Assembly: GCA_951406725.2 (NCBI GenBank)
Contig: OX597816.1
Coordinates: 64,170,001 to 64,234,000 of the forward strand
Direction: 5' to 3'
Length of the DNA stretch: 64,000 nucleotides
Source: Octopus vulgaris
Lineage: Eukaryota
Shown one piece after another: positions 52,336 to 64,000 of the stretch. The first letter of the stretch is position 1, and every line of letters begins with the position of its first letter. The translations under genes were made by a program, and so were the position numbers. Under the pieces are notes generated by a model. It was not told the origin of the DNA. It searched no databases and saw only the letters and a list, made by a program, of their open reading frames with translations.

Positions 52336-53692
52336 TGCTTCAACACACGAACTCATATAAAGAATCTTGCAAACCAAATCCCAAAACGGAAAATGTATTG
52401 TTGGTTAGAAAACTGTAAAATACAGGTCAATTTGGAATAGGGTAAGTACGGGCTCAATGAGTCCACGTGCGATGTTATAATACTGCTTTAGAATAAATTC
52501 TACAGAAAATGTACTGTGGATTAAAATACAGAATTTCTTGTATTTTTGTTGAACTTCATCGGTTCTCCGGTGATATTTAAAAATTATGGAAGTCAATAGA
52601 AGTAGGATGCTTGAATGTAGATTCTAATTCAAAGACACTGGAAACAAATGACGTGGGAATAATTCAGATATGTTAAATTGCAGCAGAATTGGTGCGTGTG
52701 AATGTTTTGCTGTCTACGTGTACGTGGACGTGTTTGTGATGTATATTAGCCAGGCAGTGTGTGAATGTGTGTACGTACATAAGAGCGAATGTGCATGAGC
52801 GGGAGGTCGCTATTGTGTGAGTGTGTGAACGACTATATTTTATCATGGGTGCAAGATTATAGGAAACTTAGTTGCACTTAGTGCCGTGGGAAGTGATCGT
52901 ATTCAATTTGAAAATTAGTTTTGGTTCGTGACGATGGCTTGTGGTGAAAGTCTTCCCGATGTATTTCACTAGATAGGCGTAGATTTCTGCTATATTATTA
53001 CACTAATTTAAATAGACTATTTCGTTTGTTATATTAAATCATGAGAAACTGTAGACTACGAAAGTTTTCTTCGGTATTTCTGCAAATGGTAATCTATATA
53101 AGACCACTAGGAATCATACTCAGGTGGAGTCTCAAGACAGTGGTGCAACAGTCGCTAAATGCCTACAAAAATTAAACGAAGGCGTTAGGAATAACGGAAT
53201 AGTGTTCTTTCTTACAAACATCGGTAGACGGTTTACAGAAATACATCCAGACTGTGCAGTAACACATCAATAACATGAAAGTAGAGAATTTTCTGAACAC
53301 ATAGATGCGAATGCGGTGTAACGGACTCCAACCTAAACAAACAGACTGCACAAAACGTATAATAACGATGTTCCTACTCTTTCTGGGATGCGGAAGGACC
53401 ACAAGCCCTTCACGGATCCGTTTTCTGCCCTCTGTCTTACTTCCTGTTGTAAAGTTAGAGAATGCAACGGCTCATTGAAGTCTTCCTCGACGACTGTGTG
53501 ATCCAAGGAGCAGACATCGGTTTCTGTATAGCTAGGGACATGGCCGGCCTTTTTATGACCTGGTGGGATAGGACGTTAGGTAATCCCTAGAAATACTCCC
53601 ATTAATTGTAATGCTATACCGTATTGAATAAATGATGTCAACATTCTAATTAGAACAATCGGATTATGGGTGAAATGTTCCAGTGAAGACCT

Positions 53693-53758
<66 letters not shown>

Positions 53759-54849
53759 TCAAATGCAATTTCAATTTGTATCGGTCTTGAGTTTGGTCCT
53801 CTTGGACAACATGCTTGCGTAGAAAGCTTGAATGGGCAACTATTAACCTTTCGCCAAATGAACTTTACCCATGCACCTCGGAGATGAAGCAGACCGTTCG
53901 TGACAGTCAAAAATATCTCTTCAAAACCTATCAATACAACAGAGAATGCACCTTCACTAACAATAAAACATGTTGGCCACATAAAGCTGATTTATAATAT
54001 AGTTAAGTGTAAGCTTCCAACTCACATAGTGTTATTACTGTTTTGAATTATCAATTATGATATTGATGCTGTTGTTTGAATTGTAAACTAAGAGTAAAGA
54101 GGCTAAATTACAGACAAAGAAATATTCAAAAAGTGCAGAGTTTTGAGCAAAGATTTTATCAAGAATTTTAAAATAAGACTTAAAGGGCGGAATGACCGTT
54201 GATTTAGCGTTCTCAATTCAAGGAAAGGAAGTTTCTAAACATTAATTGTTTGTGAAAACTTCTATAAAGAGAGACTAATAGTATTTTATCAACACTTCGG
54301 TGTAGCAGGACTTTCTGTATTTTGCCTTACACATTTCAGTTTCGGGAAATCTGATCATCAGGTATCGGCTTCAAATGATGTCTTTTTCTTTATTTTTCCA
54401 GACAGTGAACTGATTTGAAATATGAAGTACCTCTGTTCATTTTTATGGATTTAAGATTTCCGTTTAATATTGAAAAAATTGTTTAATGATTCCAAGCGGG
54501 AAATAACTCGAACTGACTGAATTCTGTGTACCACACTATGCTGAGAATTTTGGTAACTTGAAAATGTTTGCAAATATTCTTTACTTCAGCTTGTATTTGC
54601 ATCAAAACTTTATATTTATGAATATTCACAAATCACAGAACCATCTCCTCAACAGATTGAAATTCTCACTCAGCCTTGAGTATAACTCGTGCCTGATATA
54701 TCATATTTACATAAATCGCATTAAGAGTTTCAGTGACTCCTCGGTGACATTGATAAAGCATCGTAATGCTACGTTCAGTCATATCTGATCTTTTCTAGCG
54801 TTAAAAAAAACTCAAGTATAACAGAAAGAAATCTTTCGCAGTGACGTTC

Positions 54850-55850
54850 ACCAATAACTTATAAGACACTCAACTTTACGAACAACTATACAGCTTTCAA
54901 AGAGCAAACTCTTCTGGAATCATACTCGCTTATCTTAACCTCCATTCGGCGGGTAAGAAAATATTTGAAATCATAGTTGTCGTCATAGATACCGATAAAG
55001 ATTTTGACCGTATGTGGTTTACAAATTAACAGCACTACATCAGCCCTCGTGTGTCCCAAGGTTCGGTTTTGGTTCAACACTCTTCCTTTCATGTATCACA
55101 ATGAGCAAATTTTCACTTTCGTACATAACATGAGGTCTCTTTACACCTACCTTTCTCCAACCCAACAACGTCCGCATACAAACTAGATCCCGCATGCAAA
55201 GTTTGCAATGATTCCCAGAAGAGAGGTTTTAAAAACGTACTCCTGCAGAACTGTACCAATTTTGCCTCTTTCAACACACAACTCATATAAAGAAAACCTT
55301 ATCGTACCACACCCGAATTAAATCCAGAGAGCACTCTAGTAATAATGTGGCCCACACTTCAAATGTTAGGACCTTCTATCATCGAATCACTGCCCTAACA
55401 AAAGCACATCATTAACGTAGATTGAGGCCCAATGTCTCCAGAGCCAGTAAATACTTGAGCTCGCAACAAAGCTCATCTAGATGCAACATAACAGACAATT
55501 GCTCTCACATCTGGCACGGTACTACTACTACATTCACAGAAAGATCAATTGACTTATAGGTATAAATCTCAGAGACGCGCTCCTAGCTTCTGGGCCACAG
55601 CCGAGCAATCAACGCAAGGTGTCTCTTCTTGGAGTACCCTAAAGGCCGCTCTATCACTGGTATCAAGTTAAATTTCCTCAGACTAGCTAAATGAACTCGA
55701 ACAATCTTTCCTTTTTCTTTTTTTGATCAGACGTCGGGGTATTGTCACTTTAACCACTATGCCCTGTCCTTACTCGCCTTCAAAAATCTCACTGCCGATG
55801 ATTTTTTTCGGTTGGAATGGAATAATGGAATTGCAACATTCAAAGCGAAA
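54850..55850 (+). pseudogene. CR1/Jockey-group LINE RT and C-terminus, decayed
   Basis: EIIVVVIDTDKDFDRMW (LDI.KAFDRVW), VSQGSVL..TLFL (GVPQGSVL.P.LFL), CSHIWHG, SLP..IF..FK. It ends at (CATA)n. Confidence 0.7.
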
Positions 55851-55859
55851 CACATACAC

Positions 55860-56107
55860 ACACACACATACATACATACATACATACATACATACATACA
55901 TACATACATACATACATACATACATACATACGTACGTACGTACATACATACATATATACATACATACATACGTACATACCTACATACATACATAAATACA
56001 TACATACATACACATACATACATACATACATACATACATACATACATACATACATACATACATACATACATACATACATACATACATACATACATACATA
56101 CATACAT
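55860..56107. repeat. (CATA)n microsatellite
   Basis: Directly visible. Similar tracts at 1549-1650, 18772-18845, 37094-37169 and 48382-48510. Confidence 0.97.
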
Positions 56108-58854
56108 AAGCATGTATGTATAGTTTCTCGTAATCTGAGAAAGATGGTTTTGCAATTTCTTGCAGAACCATCTACACAAGAGATTTGTTTATAATTATGA
56201 AATATTTTCGCTGCACATTAGCTATCTTCCTGCATCAAATTGAAGACGTCTGAACAGGTGCACGGCACACCAAAATGCCAGGTGCAGAATTTACCGCAGA
56301 ATGACGTGAAATGAAGTGATTTGCTCAAAAACACAACCCACCAACTAGTCCAGGAATTGAAACCACGATCTCGCGATTATAAGATTATATCCTAACCACT
56401 AGTTCAGAAACCCTTGACACACATTTATGTGTCCTAATTTACTGTTAATTGAGTTTCAAGTAAGGTTTGAGAGATTTATATGCTTTGGTTCTGCTTCCAG
56501 CGTATCCCCACAGACCGGCATTTACACCGACTACATAACTTCTTGATATTTTTAATTTCAAAGTTAATGTATTATACAGATGAATAATAGCATTGTTTCA
56601 ATATATGAGTACAACTTGTACGTATGGGTGAAATAAATGTCATGCCTGTATAGAATAACATCTACCATGTAATTGTGATCTCAATCCATAGAACGCGTTT
56701 TCTTGTACCGAGTCACTAATACAGAATGAACTGTATTCATACATGTCTAATTGTAACGAGGAATATCTCCACTGAAAACTCGCCTGGTGAAAATGTCACC
56801 TAACAGTTGTAAATATTTAATTAATAGCTAATGCTATACAAGTTATCGTATAATTTGTAGAATTAGTTTGAGTGTCCTGTTACAATGGCATAGCTGTGTT
56901 CTACTTTAACTATTCTCTGAGGATTATATTTCCAAATTAAACACGGCAATGAATTGTAAGTGAAAAATAAACACAACAACCGATACAGATGACTTTTCTT
57001 TTATGTTATGGACTTAATTGATTTCTCCTATTATTGGCTACGTAGAAAATTGCTGCTGAGTGTAAATTGATCTCAATAAATCTAGGACTATATTAGTCAT
57101 ATACGAAGCGGTTATATATAATTCTAATCAACAACAACTGAGCTATTGTTTCAAATTTCGTGAAAAATCTATACAAGGACAATATCAACCATGTATTAAT
57201 CAATAAAATTAATTTGATACTATAGTGAAAAGTTTTTATAAATATTTGTAGAAGCAAAAGAGTCTGAAATCTATATATGAATATATCGATGTTTCTCCAT
57301 TAATAGGTGAAAGTATATGTGAAAATATACGTTTATATTTGAATAAATAAGTTTGCGTATGAATAAATAAGATTTCATATGGTTTAGTAATTTTGTATAT
57401 GAATTAATAAGTTTCCATTAAATTCTTAAATATGCTCACGTATACATGTTCAAACAACTACACACTAACGAAATCAATTAATTCATATATGTATTAATAA
57501 TTGATTGTACGCTTGCAGGCGGTAGCCAGAAATAAAAAATAAAAATAATACTAGTATGCTTTCTAATGTCTATAAAAATGGATTTCCAATATCTGTAAAA
57601 TATTGTTTGCCACATTCACATACACCAATAAAAACGAGACCAACGTGGAGATATTTATGATGTAATTCAACTGCTAGAAATATCTCAACAAAATCTGTTT
57701 CAAATCAGCTTTTAATCTCATAATAAAAGAAGAAAGCCCTGGGCAGTATAATATCAGATATACAAAATTGGACACATAGCTTGAACACTGTTGTGTTTAA
57801 CGTAGAACAAGAATATTTTTTTTTTAAATAGCTCAATTAACAACAGCATTTTTTAATACCACGCCAATAAAACTCCCCTTTGTAATGGCCCAATCGGCTC
57901 GTCTTATCGCTTATAAATCACATTGACGCCAGATTTCTACGTAGACCACTCATTCAGAACTGGCAAGGTTTAAACAACACCAAGGACAATAACAACTGTC
58001 AATAGTAGTCCGGTATTTAATTATATTTGAACAAACCTTTGGACAAACGAACGATATAAAAACATTTGCATCGACATCAATTACGGCGTTTCCTGGTCTT
58101 TTTTCCCCCTTTTCTGCTTTTCGTTATTTTCTACGGTTACACGCTTCAGTACTCAAAGAAAATTGGTGTTGTAAAAAATGCATTAACTGCCTGCTTAGAT
58201 CATATCCATTATTCGAGCATTTTCACAGAAACAGTTTTTTTTTCCATCGGCAATACGTTAAGCAAATGTGTATGGTCATTGCAAATATTTCAAGTTCGTG
58301 AAGAATTTTATTGCTGAATACATTTTATAGGAGGCACCCAAAATATATTTACACTTTCATACTTCAATAGGGAACAAGTCAGAAGAATAGATGAGTAAGC
58401 ACATAATTTTATAGAAATGTTTTAAACGAAATTTAAGTTCAAAGAGATTGTGACATCTTTGCAATAGCTTTTCAGTTGACGCCTAATTTAATTTCCTATA
58501 CACAAACATTGCAATGGCTGGCTAAATAAGATGACGGCTACTGAAATGTGTGATCATTAATTAGTATTCCGTAAATGCATCTGGTGATGACCTAAATATA
58601 AAAATACATTATGCATAACAATACAGTACGACTTACACAAATGATGCAATTGATTAATCGATAACTAATGCATACAGGCGTCCACAATTTTAGTGGATGC
58701 TGTGTAATTGATTATACCGTCATCAATAGTAGATTTGGGCTTAATTCTACTGAAAACATTAGCGTAAAAGGTACCGTAATCCCTGGCGGGATTGGAAATC
58801 AGAGAGCAAATCTTGCAGTGTTTTCTCGCTGCTCTACCGTTTATCTTGTATGTT

Positions 58855-58898
<44 letters not shown>

Positions 58899-60349
58899 TG
58901 TGTGTGTAAAATTTATCTCATGCGTTGCCAAGGACATTTGAATTGAATTTTAAACATCACGGCACCAATTTGAGTGCATTTAGCAGAGCTCAGCGTATTT
59001 TAAATGTACGCTTCCGGTATCCAAGCTGTGAATAACTTATTCGACTTCAGCTCGATGTGGAGTCTTTGAGAGGTGTCAAGTTGTTAGATATGAAGCCTAC
59101 ACTACGCACCTAAAGCCATTACAAAGTATATTTACGTTAAGAAATCCAACCAGGCAACTGTGAGGTCATAGTCATTTCATTTTACAGCTAAAAGTGATCC
59201 GTTTCATGTTTTTTTATTTATACTGGATAAAATGGCGCATGTTAAGGTTATTCTATACAGATTTTCTTTAGAAATTATAGCAAGCGATGATGTCTGTTGC
59301 GACGTTTCGTATCCGTATACGCCTAATGTATACAACAATGTGTTTGAAGATGAAAAATAGGTAATATGCTATATTTCAGTAGCTTTTCTCTTTCGTCAGC
59401 ACCCATCCAAACCATCAATCATCCACGAAATCATTGCTTCATGTCTCACTCGTATGTAATAATTTTTGAATTCTATGGTTACATGCTTTTCCTATAATCA
59501 ACTACTTTACAGGGTGTACTAAACGTATTTTATTGTAGCACTGGCACTAGAGAGTACCTCCTTCCTTGTATTGTCTCAGTTTGTTTTTCCTTTTTTATTG
59601 CACTAATGGGTGGAAAGTGGGCCATAGTGAGGAGTTGATAAGAGGGATGATCATTAGGAGAGACTTGGAATAATAGGGGTAAGAAAGTGATAGAGTGAGA
59701 GCTACATGTTTGTTGGTAAGGTAATTTGATTGGAAACAATATGACTGACTGGGCGATATATCCGTGTAATGTTATTGGATATACAAATTTTACATATTAA
59801 ACACCGTTGTATTCTAATTTCTTAAGTAAGTCAGTAACGATAACTTTAACAAGTGATGTAATAGCACTGCTAACACAGTAAATCACAGTATTGACTTATG
59901 AAACGTTTAATATACTTTGTATTATTTTTTGGTTGCATAACGAAATACAGTTTCCTTACAAGTCATTAATGATTAGAATACGTTGAAATATAAAACTTTG
60001 TTCCTAGGAGTCTAGACGGTAGCCGTAACTTTCAAGGAAATTAACCAAAGCTGGCGAGCCAAGTATAAAATCTCTGCATGTTTATGCAAGTTGATACAAA
60101 TAGCTGTCTTATCATTCTGATGTCATATAATAAAATTTTAATGATACATTAGATAACGAAACTCTAGGTAAAACGTGAATATACGGATGGATTTAGCGTT
60201 ATTTTCTTTGAGCATAGTTTTTATTGGTTAGGAATGATCTTATAATAAGCATGAACATGGATAATACAAATTAGATTAGGAACAGGAAAACGTAGTAGGA
60301 TAAAACCTAGTTTGATGTAGTTGGATCCTTACCCGATTAGATTCTTTCA

Positions 60350-60576
60350 GTTGGCAATCGCATAAAACCATTTGCTTCTCGATCACATGATTCTGGGCTC
60401 TTTTCCACTACCTGGCACCTTAGGTAAGTGTTTCCTACTATAGCCTCGAATCTACCAAAGCCTTCAGAGTGTAATTGATAGATGGAAAGTGACCAAAGCC
60501 TGTCACGTGTGTGTCTGTATGAATGAGTGCGCGTGTGTGTGTGTGTGTCTGTGTGTATGTATGTATGTACATATAC

Positions 60577-60648
<72 letters not shown>

Positions 60649-61170
60649 AAATTAGAGACAAAACCACTATTATGCAAATCAAACAAAGAAAGACTTAATC
60701 CAATACATAAATTAATTTATATAAATTATATAAATTAATTTATGTATTGGATTGAGTCTTTCTTTGTTTGATTTGCATAATAGTGGTTTTGTCTCTAATT
60801 TATATAATATAATATTTTACTATAAATTGGATTCAATCCTAAATCTGATTTTTCCCTGTAAGTTTCGATTTATTCCCTAATATTTATTATATATATATAT
60901 ATATATACATATATAGAAGTGTGCGTTTTTGTGTCTCTGTTTCACTCCCACCACTATTTGAAAGCCGGTGTAGGTTAATTTATATCACCATACTTTAGCG
61001 ATTCAGGGAAAGAAGCCGATCGAATAAGAACCGGACTTTAAAAATTACTCACCCGGCGCCCGCAACTGTCAGTGTTGTCTCCACGAAGGACTGCATATTC
61101 CGTACCAGCTTCCAGCATTAATCAACAGGAATTCAATCGAATTTAGTTCTTCAAGGTGGTGCCCCAGCAA
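60350..61170 (+). mobile_element. Diverged SINE family A split by a hairpin insertion in its internal microsatellite
   Basis: 5' part ~60350-60500 (ggcaccttaggtaagtgtttcctactatagcctc). 3' part ~60920-61170 (acttagcgattc..ggtggtgccccagca). Confidence 0.6.
60649..60888 (+). mobile_element. Palindromic fold-back insertion in (TA)n (76-bp arms plus a 3' tail)
   Basis: 60649-60724 is inverted at 60726-60801 with a 1-nt spacer and one mismatch. A unique tail runs to 60888 before (TA)n. Confidence 0.85.
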
Positions 61171-64000
61171 GCTTACAATATTATGACGGAACCTACTAAA
61201 ACTATTTCCTCTCTCTACATGTTAATATTATATTGATTATTTCTGTAATATCCAGGTGATGTTAAAGAGGGGAAGACAAAGTTGACCAGTGAGATTTGAA
61301 CCCACGAAGTAAAGATCCAGAAGTCATTGTGCATGATATTTTATCCAACATTCTAATGATTCTACTAGTTCGTCAGTCATGACAATTAGCTTTGTTTTAA
61401 GAATATGGAAAAAGAGAACTTCTTTTGTTTATTTTCTTTCTTGCAGAAACTTTATATTTAGATTACATTGACAGATTTCCTAGTCATGAATTCACACTCA
61501 AAGATATATTTCCAACAACTTGAAGTATCAGTAAAATCGACAGCAATGAAAACTGAAGTTAAACAACACCGTGAAATGTAAACAGAGTTTCTTATTTGTA
61601 GATGTAGACGAGACTGAACTATAAAATGCATTTTAATTGCCATTATTAAATAATTTTATATAATTGCTATAAAATAGGGGGGAAAATTGCAATATGAATG
61701 GAGTGAAAACAGCATATGAAAGTAGAAAAATTACGTTATCAAGTGATATTTGTTGCACTCAAAGAGAGAATCAATGATCGTGATAATATTCCAAAACTAC
61801 TGTATGCAATTTTATTCCGAGAGGTGTAAAGATTTCACATATAACAACACCGGATATTCTCGTAAAACTGACACGCTTTCAACAACGTTGCTACCACGTG
61901 TCACAAGAAACCCGTTTCCTGCCGCTACGAAAGCAGTAATAAGAGATCAACTAACGGTGATTAACAAAATTGGTGGTGATTATTTGCATAGTTCAATGTC
62001 CTTGCCTTTCAGAAAATTATTGCTTTTTATATGCCCTCTCCACAGATACTGTATGAGAAAACAAATGCTACTGAAAAGGAAAGAAAAGAATTGGCAAGCA
62101 GAAGAAAGGATTGTTATTCGGCAGAAGACGGCCAAGTTACTTTTCGCATTCTGGCAAAAAGAAATTACACTCTTCTCCAACAAAAGGGGAAAACGAAATA
62201 GAATCAATGAATGTGTGTCAAATGTAAAAAGATAATACTTGTGTATAAATTAATCACACTTAGATATTTTAAAAATGTCAGTTAAACCTCTAGGATAAAA
62301 AAAAATACCAACAACAACAAATAGTAGCTGAAAAAATACCAGGATATTTAATCGTAACCAATCAGTATTTAATAAAGATAAGAGAGGAAATCAATAAATG
62401 CCATGAATGTTAAATCTCGGAAACGTACTGATTCGTTCTGGAGAGAAATCTGGAGGTAGAAAACGTGGTTTAAACAGGATGCATTTTGCCAATGAAGAAT
62501 CCGAGAATTCGAAAGAAATATTGTCCCTGTATTACGTTAGAAGCTTAAAGGTTGTGATTTAATATTTTCAGGGGAGGTAAGCACCTGAAACAGATTAGAT
62601 TGTCGGATATCGGTACAAAATCTGATCTTCTGTAGTGAGTACATTCTCGATCTTTAACAGCAATCATGTAGAAAAATATATGAATATTCTCTGTGGCAAC
62701 TGAATATTCCCTGTGACAACTGAAATTAATCCTCAACACAAAATCCGTCATATGGCGGGAAACTAACGACGAAATGCACTCGTAATTTCTTGTCTAGAAT
62801 TAAAACCACTAGGATTGCGGTGATAGTAAGAATATCATTACAACTGAACGAACAGCTTAGCAAACAAGAAAATTGCAGCAAGGCTGCGTGAGTGTGGTGT
62901 TAGACGTGGTATGCAAACCCTCGTATAACTTGTTCTCTTCTTTTTTTCCGTTTCATTCTGACATGCGCATTACGTTTTTATTCTTCGCTTCTTTCTATTT
63001 TGACATGCGCATTGCGCTTTTATTCTTCTCTTCCGTTTTATGAATTCCATGTGCACATGCACTTTGTGTGTTCATGCTTCTTTTTTTCCGGTTACTACTC
63101 AAAACTGTTTACAGATCACAACTATCTGAAGAACCTGCGTTCGTGAGGAGAGCCTCGCGGTCCGATGGTTGCGAAAAACACGGTACTCTGGAGATATACT
63201 TAGTACCTTCTACATAAATTTCTGAAGCCAAACATGTATTAGCATATGATAAACTTGATTGTTTTCAGATACTCTTTGACTTGGTAACATTTCAGAGATC
63301 ATGCTATGAAGAGTAGGTAACTGCATTAATACATGTCCACTATACTCAATTTCGACTGAGGAAGTGGTTTTACGCGTTATTAAGAGAATACGGTATCACA
63401 GAAGTAAAATCTTTGAAGAAGGGTGACTCTTACTGTAGCCGGATTGTTATCTTTTTTTTTTTGAGAAAATCTGAGGTGTGTGCATTTAGATTTGAGGACG
63501 ATTTGAATGTATGTGTGCGGAACATGTATAGTATAAAGAAGATCTGGTTATAACATTCTCCAATGATACAGAGATAGCGGTTTGTGAAACAAATATACTT
63601 ATTGGATTGTAAAATAACGCTGATCTACAAAACAAGGAAGCAAGAATTGTATGAATGCTTGACTGTTTCCCCGGTATCTACTGGTGACAAAAGAAAGAAG
63701 AAAAGGTATCCTATTGTTACTAAACAGATTTAGTTCCAGGGTGAAACAAAAATATCCTCCTTCAGATTTCTCTGCACATGTTGTATCAGAACAAATTGCG
63801 TTTCTTAATAGACCACCCAACCTACATTTGAACTATTCGATAACATGATAGTTGAGATCCTGAGTATTGATTTTAAAGCTTGAAACATTTTCATCAACAC
63901 TAGAAAATTCTACATCAAAAGGGAAATTGCTCGACATTATCTAAATGTAAAAAAAGGAAGCAGATGTTTAACATCGATTCTAACAGCTTTTGATTGTTGC

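Noticed and set aside
54325-54368. Minus-strand CTGATGA...GAAA motif
   Set aside because: Stem II does not pair and the cleavage nucleotide is missing, so it is consistent with chance.
61750-62235. Longest non-microsatellite ORF (161 aa)
   Set aside because: TTG start, no recognisable motif or family, and compatible with chance or decayed TE sequence.

Overview
AT-rich eukaryotic non-coding DNA. It is most consistent with a coleoid cephalopod (Octopus-like), inferred from the extreme (TA)n/(CA)n/(GATA)n/(CATA)n/(AAT)n microsatellite load and the SINE types. No intact host gene could be supported, and almost all ORF-track entries are microsatellite translation artefacts. The window is a dense set of mobile-element relics: two or three tRNA-derived SINE families; decayed LINEs (RTE, R4/Dong-type with RLE, CR1/Jockey-group, L1/Tx1-like); Penelope-like element (PLE) fragments with GIY-YIG and YRDD-type RT; and a Merlin DNA transposon deletion derivative. 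The most striking hidden layer is a set of short elements sitting in (TA)n tracts that carry minimal type I hammerhead ribozymes and/or long fold-back arms. Examples are a 329-bp inverted repeat at 23018-24184 and a hammerhead with a compensatory U3-A8 core. A second layer is a SINE with a Tx1-like 3' tail that appears to insert repeatedly into SINE sequences. Different retroelement clades appear to associate with different microsatellite motifs. All family calls come from manual translation and motif recognition, not database searches.
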